Assembly (NCBI RefSeq): GCF_000143415.4
Contig: NW_003314306.1
Coordinates: 900,897 to 964,896 of the forward strand
Reading direction: 5' to 3'
Origin: Selaginella moellendorffii
Taxonomy: Eukaryota; Plantae; Lycopodiophyta
Length of the DNA: 64,000 bases
Positions within the stretch are counted from its first letter, which is position 1. Each line of letters starts with the position of its first letter. The position numbers were made by a program, and so were the translations under genes. The notes below the pieces were generated by a model. That model was given only the letters and a program-made list of their open reading frames with translations. It made no database searches and was not told where the DNA came from. Positions 1-12,100 of this stretch are shown here, piece after piece.

Positions 1-1232
1 CGAAGAAGTAGCATCGCTCCCCAGCAAAGATTGAGGAAAGAGGTGTTGCTGTTGCTCCAGGAGCGGGGCCTTGACGAGGCGCTTGTGGAAGAGCTTCCAA
101 CGAAGTAAGTCATTGTTCTCGTGATAAAGTGCTAGTTCTCAGGAGACTTTCCAGGTGGGAAAGAATCGGTGATCTCGTAATTCTTCCGGGGAGCTCACTG
201 CGGAGCGAGCTCTGGAAATCTCTAGGATCTCCGCTGTGGAAAATCATAGCAGAGTGCCTTGGTGTAACCAAAGTAGCACGTCAAGTAAGTAGAGATTGCT
301 TTCTCTTCAATTATTCTATAGATAAAATAGATGTTTCCAGGGCCCGGTTGCCTCGACTGGAACGAGAGACAGTGGAGTGGAAATGCTGCTGGGCGAGGAT
401 GGCTGGGTTGAGCACCGAGAAAACGCTATTCTCTATTGCTTCGATGCCACCAAGTGCATGTTTTCTTCTGGAAACGTGACTGAGCGCTCGAGAATGGGAG
501 AACTTAACTGTGAGAACGATGTGATTGTGGATCTCTTTGCCGGTATTGGCTACTTTGTGTTGCCATTCCTCGTGAGGTAGTTTTTATCTTTTGATCGAGC
601 AGCTTTTCTCTTACGCTGACAAATGTTTCTCTCCTTCCTTTTGGTTTTCACAAGGGCCCGAGCGAAGCACGTCTATGCATGCGAATGGAATCCACACGCT
701 CTCTACGCTTTGCGCCGGAACTTGCGTGCCAGTGCTGTCGAGAAACGGTGTACCGTCATTGAAGGTGACAATCGGCTCACTGCTCCTCGGGTAAATGCGT
801 TAAGCTTGGAGAAAAGATTTACAAGGCTTTATTTGGCAGGAAGTTGCTGATAGAGTGTGCTTGGGACTTCTCCCCTCGAGCGAAGGAAGCTGGGCTGTGG
901 CAGTGAGAGCTCTAAAGTAACCGTGATTTCTTTCATTTGCGTACAAGTTTCCTCACTTCTTCTTTCAGGTCAGGCGGTGGAATTCTTCACGTTCACGAAA
1001 ACATCAAGGACGTCGAAGAGGAGGACTGGATTGAGTACCTCACTAAGTCCCTCCAGACACTTGCAAATGCACAGGGTTCGTGATCGCTCTTCTTTTACTT
1101 ATTTGGATCACGTTGATGATAGGAAGAAGCTGGGAGATCCGTGTGAACCACATCGAGCACGTCAAGTGGTATGCTCCACACGTACGTCACATTGTAGCAG
1201 ACGTATGGTGCAGTTCATTCAAAGAAACGTGA
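1..1232 (+). CDS. TYW2: 3' part of tRNA wybutosine-synthesizing protein (TYW2/TRM12 Met-10+-like domain; in plants usually the C-terminus of a TYW2/3/4 fusion), multi-exon, 5' end outside window
   Basis: Spliced exons give KWERIGDLV, WVEHRENAILYCFDATKCMFSSGN, VIVDLFAGIGYFVLPFL (SAM-binding), VYACEWNP, ADRVCLGLLPSS and HIEHVKWYAPHVRHIVADV; stop TGA at 1230-1232; ~50-100 bp GT-AG introns. Confidence 0.88.
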
Positions 1233-1574
1233 CAGGTATAGAAGCTCTCCAACTCTTTTTGCTCCTTCAAAGAACCTTTTTCGTAGGAAAAACTAATATA
1301 ATATTGGTTTAATGCAATCCAATGGTAGCTGAGGCTTCGTCATTGAAATCAGCTTTAAAGGTGAAGATTTTCAACAATGCTTTTGATAGTTTGGGAGTTC
1401 CACAATGAAGAAATCTTGATGGTGATTCACAGACCGCTGGGGTATTCCCGCGGAAATAGTAATACCTAAGGCTCTCACTGTTGTCTCTTCTCTCTCTCAC
1501 AGTAATTTCATTAGTGATATATTTATATTTAGTGATCATTATCAAATTATAATAATTATACAAAAGGAGTGGAC

Positions 1575-1802
1575 GATCTTCCACAGTGGAGCCGTTGACT
1601 AAGGCGAGATGGTCGTTGACCCGCGTGAAATTGGCGGTGACAGGAGCCACTGCTGGATTGGCGGATCCTCCCTCCACTGCGTCTCAGTTTGGAGACTCCA
1701 ATCTATTTCCCTCCAGCAGCGTCAATCCCAGAGGCTCCCTGCCGCCAACCAGGGACGTGCCAAAAAGGGTGGGATTGGCAATGACGGGCGCCACTGCTGG
1801 AT
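1575..1802 (-). pseudogene. Fragment of the lectin-fusion gene (paralogue of 3891-4919), truncated by the assembly gap
   Basis: FGTSLVGGREPLGLTLLEGNRLESPN matches FGTSLVGGREHLGSTLLEGNRLESPN of the 3891-4919 ORF. Confidence 0.7.
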
Positions 1803-1902
1803 NNNNNNNNNNNNNNNNNNNNNNNNNNNNNNNNNNNNNNNNNNNNNNNNNNNNNNNNNNNNNNNNNNNNNNNNNNNNNNNNNNNNNNNNNNNNNNNNNN
1901 NN
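1803..1902. other. Assembly gap (100 N)
   Basis: Run of N. Confidence 1.
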
Positions 1903-2329
1903 AGATTGTCCTTGTAAGTAGGACATGAATACAAGAAGTTGTATTCCAGTGAATTGGCACCTGTAAGACTGAGACTTCGCAGGTGTTTGGATTAGCAAAG
2001 TCCAAAATGCTGGATGACTCAAGCGGAGTCAGAGAATGGTCTTAAGGGATTGGTTGGAGCATTTGGACTGAGGTGTATGGTGCCGCATGAGGTATGAGGA
2101 GGATCATAAGATCCAAGTATGAGAACAGTAGGTATCTCATTGATGGCAGAATGTGCCATTCTAAAGTTGTGGGAAAGATGTTCCCAGAAGAAAATAACTT
2201 TGGCCCAGAGTTGGGTGCAAACTCTATGGTGCAGTGTTAACAGATAGTTAGTACGAGGAACAACTATATTGGTCTTGGCAAAGACCTAGACATTAATAAG
2301 TAGTGTCATAAATGTAGGCTCGTGAGCCC

Positions 2330-2570
2330 AATGGATTGACGCCGCTGGAGGGAAATAGATTGGAGTCTCCAAACTGAGACGCAGCGGAGGGTTTGGACGG
2401 AGACCTCCGGGAGGAACTCGTTGAGCAGCGATTATTGGCTCGCAAGGCGAAGTGTGGAGTAAGAAGACGAGCAGCTATGGCTAAAGTATACGTATGGGCT
2501 GGCTATGGAAGACAGTGGCCACGTGGGGGTGTACATCACGGACTCTAGAACACGCATATGGTCCAGCTAC
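2330..2570 (+). pseudogene. Deleted fragment of the lectin-fusion gene 3' end
   Basis: Matches the reverse complement of 3891-4215 (ggagggaaatagattggagtctccaaact...aagtgtggagtaagaagacgagcagctatgg...tatgggctggctatggaagacagtggcca) with internal deletions. Confidence 0.75.
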
Positions 2571-3094
2571 CCTTGATTGTCTTAAACACCTTAGTGGCTA
2601 CTCTTCTCTGAGGAAACAGCAGAAGTTGGAGGCCCTGGTGATCGTTGACGAGGATAATGACCTTGAGTTTGAAAGCCGGTATTATTTGCGAGTTGGTTCT
2701 TAGTTGTATACTCGGCATCCAAAAACATATGCCTCGACTCAAGTTTGATGACTATTCAAGCTTAGACTCTGTTAAGCCAATGGTATTTAAGCTAGAGTGA
2801 AGAGTTTTCATCACCATCACGTGTTATTACGCCAAGTTGCTTATCTTGTTTAATCACTGATTCGTGCAAAACCGTGACACAACATCACACTGGGGCATCC
2901 AGGAACATGTCTCGGCCCCGAACAAAGTCTGAAGGCTCCTTCGCTGCAGCAGCTCCTTCACGCATAAGGCTCCTTCGCTACATCGAAGAATTCCCTGCAA
3001 GCGATAATGCTCGCAGGGTAGCAGCTCCAGTGACATTGCATGGCGCCGATCGTTTTAGAGGAAGGTCAAGATCAGTCGAGCTGCCATGAACTGC

Positions 3095-3520
3095 CCAGCA
3101 AAGATGCTTCAGGAGCGAGGTCTTCACGTGTGGAAGAGTTTCCAATAAATGTAAAGTAGGAGATTTTAAGAATTTGTAATCTCGCAATTCTAGTTTTAGA
3201 AATCTCTAGGATCTCCGCTGTGGAAAATGGTGTGATGAAAGTAGCACATCATGAAGTAGCTCTTTGACTGTTCTATAGATACCATCGATGTTTCCAGACC
3301 CGGTTGCCTCGACTGGAACGAGAGACATTGGAGTGGAATTGCTGCGTGGCGAGGATGGCCGGGCTGAGCGCTATTGTTTCGATGCCACTAAGTGCATGTT
3401 TTCTTCTGAAAGCGCTCGGGGATGGAGAACTTCGTACGATATGGTTGTGGATCTAGGTATTGGCTACTTTGTCTTGCCTTTTGATATGCATGCGATGGAA
3501 TCAGGTCCCACAGTGAATCC
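3095..3520 (+). pseudogene. Decayed partial duplicate of the TYW2 exons and introns
   Basis: tctctaggatctccgctgtggaaaat, gatgtttccag..ccggttgcctcgactggaacgagagaca and YCFDATKCMFSS match 220-570, with deletions. Confidence 0.8.
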
Positions 3521-3890
3521 CCATGCTCGCCAGCATCGAGAGTTCTTCCTTGCAGCTCCAAGGCCATTGCTTGTGCCGTCCTTGGCTCATCCACTCATTC
3601 TTATCTTATAGGGATTCGCGTGAACCACGTCTGCAACGTCCGACATTGTACCGGCGATAGTGAGTGCACATATCACATGCATTGACTAGTTACGAGCTCG
3701 TAACTAGCTAAAAAAAAGCTTTCATAGCTCGTACTCTTTCTAAGGAGAGGACTTTAGCAGTCATTCAACGGCGTGTGATCCATTGGAGAACTCTCGGCTA
3801 CTTACTAAATGCTATATTAGAAACTCGATTCCAAACAGATAGCTTCTCACAAACTCATCCCTAGCTCTATATAAGCACATGCCTTACAAT

Positions 3891-4919
3891 CTATGGACTT
3901 GACCATATGCGTGTTCCAGAGTCCGTGATGTAAACACCCGCATGGCCACTGTCTTCCATAGCCAGCCCATATGTATACTTCAGCCCATAGCTGCTCGTCT
4001 TCTTACTCCACACCTCGCCTCGCGAGCCAATAATCACCAAAACTCCATACTCGTTGAGATGCAGGTAACATCCCGAGTCCCTCCCGGAGGTCTCCGTACC
4101 CCACACCCTCCGGTGCGTCTCCCTCACACGCACCACCAGCGCGCAGTCAGTCTCCATGGTGAGCACGAACACCAAGTTTGGAGACTCCAATCTATTTCCC
4201 TCCAACAGCGTCGATCCCAGATGTTCCCTGCCGCCAACCAGGGACGTGCCAAAGATCCAGCAGTGGTGCCCGTCAACGTCAATCCCGCGCGGGTCAATGA
4301 CCGTCTCGCCCGCATCAGCGGCTCCATCATCCAAGATTTTAGACTGTGGAAGATAAAGAAGTGTAAGATCAAGGGTGCCGCTGCCACCACCGGTACCTGG
4401 CTCGTCCTCAAAAGGAGTGTCTCGCAGCTCATACTCGATTCCAAAATAGCGGAGAACCAGGTTGACGTGGCCGTACCACATGTTCCCGTAGACAATTGGA
4501 TCCAAGTCCCGGATCGCGTCACGGATCTCCTCCAACATCGTCGTGATGCTCTGGATGAGCTCGCGGCCCCCGGCGCTGGTGCGGCTGGGCGCGACTGTGC
4601 AGATGTCACTGTTCTCCATGAAAGCTCGGTTGTACAGCCACAGCCTCACCCGCACAAACGCATTTTGGGTGTATTCCACGACGAAGGACATGCTCCGTCC
4701 TGTGCCGTAGCCAGCGTCAGGGTTCAGAGACCTCAGGTACTCTTCGATGCGGCTTATGATATCCAGGACGCGGGTGATAGCAAGATGGCCAAATCGCAGC
4801 CTGAACCTGAAGATTCCACGGAATGGAATCCCTGGTGGTGGCTGTGCAATGCAGGGACACGCAAGTGACATGAGTAGAGCAAGTGACACAAGGCTGGTTC
4901 TCATGATTGGCCTCAACAA
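3891..4919 (-). CDS. Secreted protein: signal peptide + ~200 aa unrecognised domain + C-terminal bulb-type (GNA/B-) lectin-like domain; intronless
   Basis: 342 aa ORF (first ATG likely MRTSLVSLALL); hydrophobic leader SLVSLALLMSLACPCIA; C-terminus STLLEGNRLESPNLVFVLTMETDCALVV...VWGTETSG...CYLHLNEYGVLVI...VWS...LAMEDSGHAGVY...IWSS has the three-repeat beta-prism II pattern. Confidence 0.78.
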   Translation of the reverse strand: MLRPIMRTSLVSLALLMSLACPCIAQPPPGIPFRGIFRFRLRFGHLAITRVLDIISRIEEYLRSLNPDAGYGTGRSMSFVVEYTQNAFVRVRLWLYNRAFMENSDICTVAPSRTSAGGRELIQSITTMLEEIRDAIRDLDPIVYGNMWYGHVNLVLRYFGIEYELRDTPFEDEPGTGGGSGTLDLTLLYLPQSKILDDGAADAGETVIDPRGIDVDGHHCWIFGTSLVGGREHLGSTLLEGNRLESPNLVFVLTMETDCALVVRVRETHRRVWGTETSGRDSGCYLHLNEYGVLVIIGSRGEVWSKKTSSYGLKYTYGLAMEDSGHAGVYITDSGTRIWSSP

Positions 4920-5284
4920 TTTTCCACATCAACTTAATTGAGCACAAATAATTGTTTTTATATGTTTTAATTATTTCATATCCATCTATGTATGTGTGTT
5001 GACCTCTAGCGCATATGCTTGAACGCTCAACAACTATGCCAGGAATTTTGCGCGCTTAACAAAGCCAGAAACAAAGCAGTGGTTTTTGGCAACATTCTGA
5101 GAATATTCCTTCACTAATTATAGTCTACCATCCGGACTATATGTAAAGGCATGCCCATCGTTGTGAGCGCCCTGGGATCCTTACAAGGCATTTCCCTTGT
5201 CCCATGCTCTGTGCCGGAACTTGAGCGCAAGTGAAGTTCAAGGAACAGTGTATTGTCAATTAACTCACTGCTCCTGGGGTGAAT

Positions 5285-5390
5285 AGAGAAAAGATTTACA
5301 AAGGGTTTGCATTCTTGGCAGAAAGTGCTGATAGAGTGTGCCTGGGTGAAGAAAGATGGGCTATGGAAATGAGAGCTCTAAAGAAACAGT
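5285..5390 (+). pseudogene. Short further TYW2 fragment (ADRVCLG exon)
   Basis: gagaaaagatttacaa...ggcagaaagtgctgatagagtgtgcctggg...gagagctctaaag resembles 809-917. Confidence 0.6.
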
Positions 5391-5759
5391 TATTTTCTTT
5401 TATTTGGTTTTCATAAGATCTCATAAGATTAATGAGTTTAAATTTGTAAGGGAAACAAATTAAAGGGAAAGGGCCTAACAATAGATTAGAGACAAGCCCT
5501 ATATCTGTGACTTTGTTCTATGGAAGAAGCTAGACTCATATGAGGTACCAGGAGCCATGAAATCTTGCTCAAAGCTGGCACAAGTGACACTACAAAGCTT
5601 TGGAAGTGGTTTGTTGATGAATACAACAAACATTTGGACATGGAGGTGATTGAGAATTCATTTTTAGACATATAACAAGGGAAACAAAATTCAATGAAAG
5701 TTCAAAATCTATTATTATACTCTATTCTAAATAACCTGCATCTTTTTAAATAACTAAAT

Positions 5760-6320
5760 TATTGTTTAAGCACACACACAAATGTTGAGCAAGCTCTTTT
5801 CAGATCTTGGGAAACGAGCATGAAGTCCCTGAATCCATGCAGAAGATCCAGGCCTTGTATAAAACCTTTGGCAACAAAACAACCTTTGTAGCTAGATTGA
5901 TTTATTGCATGGTTATAAATCCTCTTAAACACCCATTTGAAGTTCACAAGCTTGTGATTATTTAGTGTATTGCACACTTAAAAAAATTTGATCCTTGAGA
6001 AGGGCTGCTTGATCTTATGAAGATCCTCAATAGGCTTTACAATAGAAGCCATCCTGAAAAGTGTTGAAAGATGTTAAATCTTTATCTTTTATTTAATAAA
6101 AATATTCTTTTAACATTTGAAGAAGTTGTATATAATTCAAACTTATAGCTTTGGGAAAGGCATTACATGAAATTTTTGGCAACAAGATAACCTTTATAAC
6201 TAGATTAATTTATTGCATAGTTGTGGGTCCTCTTGAACACCTATTTAAAATTTACAAATTTGATGTATTACACATTTAAAATATTTTATTCTTGAAAAGG
6301 GACTCCATCTTGTGGGAGGC
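5760..6320 (-). mobile_element. Highly decayed Ty1/copia reverse-transcriptase fragment, locally duplicated
   Basis: KLVNFKWVFKR...YKGCFVAKGFIQGLD resembles the copia RT motif KWVFK..YKARLVAKGFxQ.GID; near-copies at ~5865-6005 and ~6170-6300. Confidence 0.6.
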
Positions 6321-8006
6321 ATAGACTAAAATAAGACCTCTTCTCTAGTGGTGAAATGAGATACAAATAATTTTGGTTAAATGTTTTAAAAGAAATTAAT
6401 CCACATGCTTTGATTCAATGATCCCTTATCTTTTCATGTAAACATTTGAATCAACAACAATACGGTAAAATCCCAATGCCTTGTTAAACTTTTGTTACCA
6501 TAAATGTGAAAATTTCTTCAAATACAACATTTAGTGAAGCCTCCAAGTTTTACTACAATTGCTATAACTAGGAAATCTAATTGAAATGCATTAAAAATCT
6601 CTTTTGCCAACCTGTTGACATCTTTATATTCATTTGATGAACTTTTTAATTCTTTGGCATTTTGTGAAGAACCTCACCACTCTTTACAACATTTAGTAGG
6701 GTTTAAATTTTATATCCTCAAAAGGTACGTGGCTATATCCTAAAAAAGCATATAGCCCCTAAACCCTAAACTCAAAATAGTTTATTTAGCCTTTTTATAT
6801 CAAAAATATTCCTTAGCCATTTATTGGAACTAGCTCAAATATTTTGTCTCATTAACTATTCTCCACAATTTAGGAGCATACTTAGTTATACTAATTAAGT
6901 TTTTAAAAATGATTATTTATCAATAAATGAAATTGCTCAATAAAACCTGATAGGTTCTCTTTGAGCATACTAATGTTCAACAATAAAACAATGATATGAT
7001 CAATAGAAAATATTTTATTTATTTATAATATTAGCAAGAAAAATTACAAATGCATTTGAATTAACTAATGGATATTAAAATAAGAGACATTTAAAGAAAT
7101 AAGAAATGAATAATAGGAAAAATTTAGATTTAGAAAAATAAGGTAAAACAGTTATAGAAGTTTTAAATAATAAGAAGGTACAATAATTCTAAATTATCAG
7201 AAAAAGATAATATATATGCAGAATAAATTTAAAAATCAAGAATAAAATAAAATAAAAATTATGATGTGAGGGCAAAGTGTACAGCTATAATGCCGTATAC
7301 TAATATTAGTGTAGTGGGATTTTGGTAGCTGTTGGATTGTGCTCCTATATATAAACTAGGGTTTTTGGGCTAATTGATATGCACATTTTCTGTATTCCCT
7401 TTCCATATTCAAAGCACTCACATTGGTGGAGGTGAGAGGCATCTTTGATTGTCCCTGAGGAGTGCTTTGATTTGGGATTTTAGTTTAAATCTAGTTTTTT
7501 CCATTTCCTTTCTTTTGTTTTTTCCTTTCAGGATTTTGGTTTAGATTTAACTTTTTGTATTGTCTAGATCTACCATTTCCTTATAACTTTTTGTCATTTC
7601 TATTCTTTTGCTCTTTCTTTTTCGTTCATCTTCATGGTAGATTAGCAATCTCCTCCTTTAACTCTAGAGTAGTAGTTGGTACAATTGCTTGATGTTATGC
7701 GCTTGCAATTGAACAACCAAACTCAATTGATGGCGGTGTTCATGGCACGTGGTACAACTCTTCTTGCTCTTAGTGCCAATCCTCGCGTTCGGCTAGAGTT
7801 CTTTTGCAGAAATCTTAGGGATGATGTGTACCATTTGTTTGATCACTTCACAATGATTGCCATATATCATTCTTGGGATAATACTTGATGTTTGTGTGAG
7901 TTTCTCACGTGTCTCCAAGGGACAACGTTGCAATGGTACAATGGTTTGAGCACATCCACTCGTGAGGATTGGAACGTCTTCAAATACGTCTTCAAACGTG
8001 CCAATG

Positions 8007-9139
8007 TGTCGCGAATGTGACTTCGGGTATCGAAAGCTACCTGTCGGCTAGTCCTTTCGGACACTCTTACCTTACTGCCACGATGGCAGGAGGTCGGTAC
8101 TGCTGGTTCCCTTTATTAGCCCCTCTTGTTCAAGTGTTAGTAAACTGGACTTAGCATCTGTACTTGGCCGGATGAGCATAAGGACGGAATTCCTAAGTGT
8201 CTATTTGGCCAAGCATACTTGGCCCGGCTTTTTAGTTCTCTTTTGCTCTGTCTTGCACTGGCTTGACAAGAACCCTCGCGTATTGAGATTGGTCCCTCAA
8301 TATCGTTGGATGATAGCTTACCGTGTCTGCCAAACACCCTCGCTATCATGCCCTTTGTGTTAGTCTCATTTCGGTCCCAAATGCTATTTATGGAAAGTGT
8401 CCAGATTTGCTCATTTGGCATATCTACGGAATGTAGAGATCGGCCTGAACACAATGGTGTTCGTCCCGTGTCCAAATTCACAATCTAAGGACATTCCATA
8501 TTTAGTAAGTTTCGAGTTTGTCCCAGAGACTAACTCCTGATACTAAGGGAGGCTTGGGGTGAAAGCCCAAAGCGTGTGTTCCTCAAGGGGGGGGGGCTAT
8601 GGGGGGTTCCAAATGTATAGTAGGGATAGTGGGTAGGTCGGGCATGGCCGACCAACCTGAGGCATAGTCTAGCTCCCGCTTGCGTGCTTGTCCTTGTTCT
8701 GCGTCCGGCTTGGGTCTAAGCCCAAGTTCCATTCCATGCTAGCTGGTGGAGTACCCATATTCTCACGTTAGGCCACCGGTATGCCGAAATAGCGCCAGAC
8801 TCCGTTTGGCTCCATTTTGCGTGCTGGTCCTGGCATTGGGATGCTGGTTGCTCTAGGACTGTTCCAAGTCGCTCCGGGCCCCTGTCCCTTCGCTCCTTGG
8901 GCTATATGCTCGGGAGTTGCTCCGTGGTCCGGTTCCATCACTCCTTGGCATCACGCTTGGGAGTTTGGCACCGTTCCTTCGTTCAGTGGCCCAAGGCCCT
9001 GAACCTCGGGTTCCTGTGGACACGTGGCATGGACACGTGGCATCTGTCACGTGGCACAAAGAGGGTTTAGGTTCCGCTTCGTGGTGTTATCCTATGGTAA
9101 ATCACCATAGGATAAAGGGTCAAAACCACGTGCGCTACA
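8007..9139 (+). repeat. 5' LTR of the nested element (1133 bp)
   Basis: Direct repeat of 14121-15241. Confidence 0.95.
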
Positions 9140-12100
9140 TTTGGTATTAGAGAATGAGTCTCAGCGAGTACTATTCAATGAGATTGGGGAACTAGTCTCG
9201 TTGCATACGCAGAGATGAAAACGATGATCCGAGTGGGTACACGTTTTGGTGCAAAGACTTCGCATTGGTTCCTTGGGTATGGATATTGTTACCTTATTGT
9301 ACCTTATGATGTGAGCTTGCGCTTGGGCTCATAGGATGGATTTGAGTTGTTCCGGTAGCACGAGTTTAAGCTTGGGCTCGTGAGAGAGGCACATTAGCAA
9401 CTCAAGAATACACTTTGAGTTGGCAGGATTAATGTTAGCCTATCAGTGGTTCCATGAGTTGTTCCATGTACCGCGGGTGAAAGTAAACTTTCCCTGAGTT
9501 TGCTATGAGGGGCAAATAGGCTGGTCCGTAGCTGTTTAGCACGGCACTAGTGGATCTTTCCTAGGCATGATTATAAGTGGAACAATTAAGACTATAGGGA
9601 TTAGTCTATTGGTTCAAGTAGTCATTGCCGTGCTCTCTCATAAACTTTTCTTGGATTGGACTGAAGGCTGTGCGAAAGCAAGCTTGAGGTTTGGTCAAAA
9701 GATGAGACCGAAAAGAGAGTCATCGGGGACGGAGGATCAAATACGTAAATCATTTTCTCTTCTTGGAGAGATGATTTGCAACGAGGTGTTAACTCATTGC
9801 TTGTGTTCACATAATGCAATCAAGAGTCCCTACCTTGATGCATGTTGGAGATGGTGGTTTTACAATAGTGAGTTATGGGATGGATAGTGGTGAAACACTA
9901 AACCATTTTATCTAGGCTCGCTATTGGAAGACTTGGGTTGCAATGCTCAATTCTTTTCCGGGGAACCTTGCTATTGCTCCTTGAGTAGCTTGGTGTTGGA
10001 TTAGTGTTGAGTTTGGTCGGAAAGAGAGTGGCATGAGCTTGTCTGTGTTGTGAACGAAAGTTAGTGGTGTTGGGTGTCGTAAACCTCTATTGGGGGAGTG
10101 TGGCATTTATGTTGCATTTTGTCGAATCGAGTTGGCATTTGATACTCACATAAACATTTGAAGTAATGACATAGGCATTGCTCATTGCGTTACTCAATTG
10201 ATGATCAAGTCATTGTGATGCTTATATCATATCCATGTGATAAAGAGTAATGCGTTTACGAAGTTGTTTGAGTAAATGATGATCAACCCCAAAGTGGTTG
10301 ATGGAGAAGCTAGTCTACTTGCACGAAGTAGCATTATAGTAGCTTTGACTGGATTCTCAATGGTGGTCCATTATGCTAAGCTTATGTTGGTACCTTGTTT
10401 CCTTGAGGGTTTGCCCATAAGGTGTTGGGAATGGGTTGTAGCATTCATTTGCTATAGCTCATCTGTTGATCCGTTAGCACTTGGAGTAGATTATTGGATG
10501 GAGAAGGTGTGAAGTTGATGCATTGACATCGCTAGCACTTGTGTTAGTGGAAGTGGCATTGTTGATTCGAGTGATGAGGAATTTTCCTTAGAGCTTGATT
10601 TTCCATGTCATTTTTCTTGTTAGTGTTTTGGCTTCACATTGGATCTTGAAGGTGGTTGAAGAAGAGTGTTAGTGCAATGTGGATATCCGATGATGTGGTC
10701 TTTGTGATCAAGCCTTGGATGCTCATTTTGCACTTTGCGGATGTCAGTGTTGGATATTGGAAAAATGGGCAAAGATGTTCAATGCTTAAGCATATTATGG
10801 GTCATGAGAATTTGTGTTGAGGTGAATCTATGTGAAGTTGTTAGTAGGAGGAAGTTGGTTGAGTCTTGAAAGTTTGCATTCCTGGACTGAGAGTCATTCT
10901 TTCTCTAGGATGGGAAATTTTCCACAAATTTTCTTAGATTTTTCCAATGGCTAATCTGTTGGTCACTTTGCTCGAAAACCATTCCATTTTCGAAAGCCAG
11001 TACAAACTAGTGAAGGGGTTGGAGTTGACTTTGGTTGGCTTAGATCTTAGTAGGTAGTTTGTATGATGCGACCCGAAAGGGATGCTAACTTTTAGGGCTA
11101 AAGCAATTGAGTTGGATAGAGTCTGGAGTTGATGTAGAAAAGTGGCCGTTGCACTTTTCTAAGAAGGGTGACCCTTGTGCCTTTCTTTTGTAGCGTTGTG
11201 CTTGGTGGCAATTTGCACCTTGCATTACGTTAGACTCTATGAGAGTAGTGAGCTCTCACTGATCTTGACTTGGTTTTGGTGGCCCTGCACCTTGGCTGAG
11301 GATGGTGATGTCCAACTTAGTTGTTTGAGGTTGAGATGTTGGTACCCATACTATAGCTTTGTCTATGAGGAGGTTGTGTACCGATATGAGTCCATCTCAT
11401 GGTCTTCACTTTAGTTTCGACTGAGTGTTGATCACATAGCTAGCCTCTTCAAGGCATGCTCAGAGCTATTGACTAAATGCATTAGTGGGCTTATTGCGGT
11501 TGAGTTGGATTCGAGTGGTCATTTAGTTTGTGCTTGTCTATGAACTTTTATCTCGTACCTGGGGTATACGTTCATGTTGGACAAGTATATAACTTGATGA
11601 CAAAGAGTTGGTGTTTGGGTCTTGTAAACGTAAGTTGAGGAGTGATTGTTAGTTGCTTTGCGACTAGTGATTACTTGTAGACTTCATCAAGGACTGTTGA
11701 CACTTGCTTTGCTCGATGATGATTTAGCAGTGATGGGCTTGCTTTACCAGGTGGTGTTGCGGAGGATCGTGTCGTTAGACTTACATGAGTTTTTCATGTT
11801 AGCTTGTCGACTCTACCTCTATTGATATCATTTGGTTACGTCTAGTCCGTAGTGTTGGATTTCATTGAGTCTTGGACGTAGTGAATCACTCCTTGATGAT
11901 GTGTATCTGAAACTGAGTATTGCTGAAGGATTGGTCTTGGATACACACTAAGGTATCTTCGACTGTGGTTAGCTTGGTTGCTAGGAAGTTTTGGGTGGTG
12001 ATTCACTTATGCTTTCTTCTAGCTTTGTTCTAGTGTTGATAGCATTGAAGTGATACCTTGTCGTTGACATTGTTGATATTGAGATCTGAGTGAAATGAGA

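Noticed and set aside
6757-6770. ccctaaaccctaaa telomeric repeat
   Set aside because: Only two units; at most a telo-box
7260-7264. TSD for the outer gypsy element
   Set aside because: Flanks TATGA and ATAAG do not match as a 5-bp duplication, so no TSD is claimed
8530-8575. Hammerhead ribozyme (retrozyme) in the non-autonomous LTR; also ctgatga at ~58021
   Set aside because: I could not find a CUGANGA...GAAA...UH core with three helices
7969-9150. Identical short ORFs duplicated at 13981-15212
   Set aside because: They lie within the twin LTRs; duplication explains the identity and no protein motifs are present
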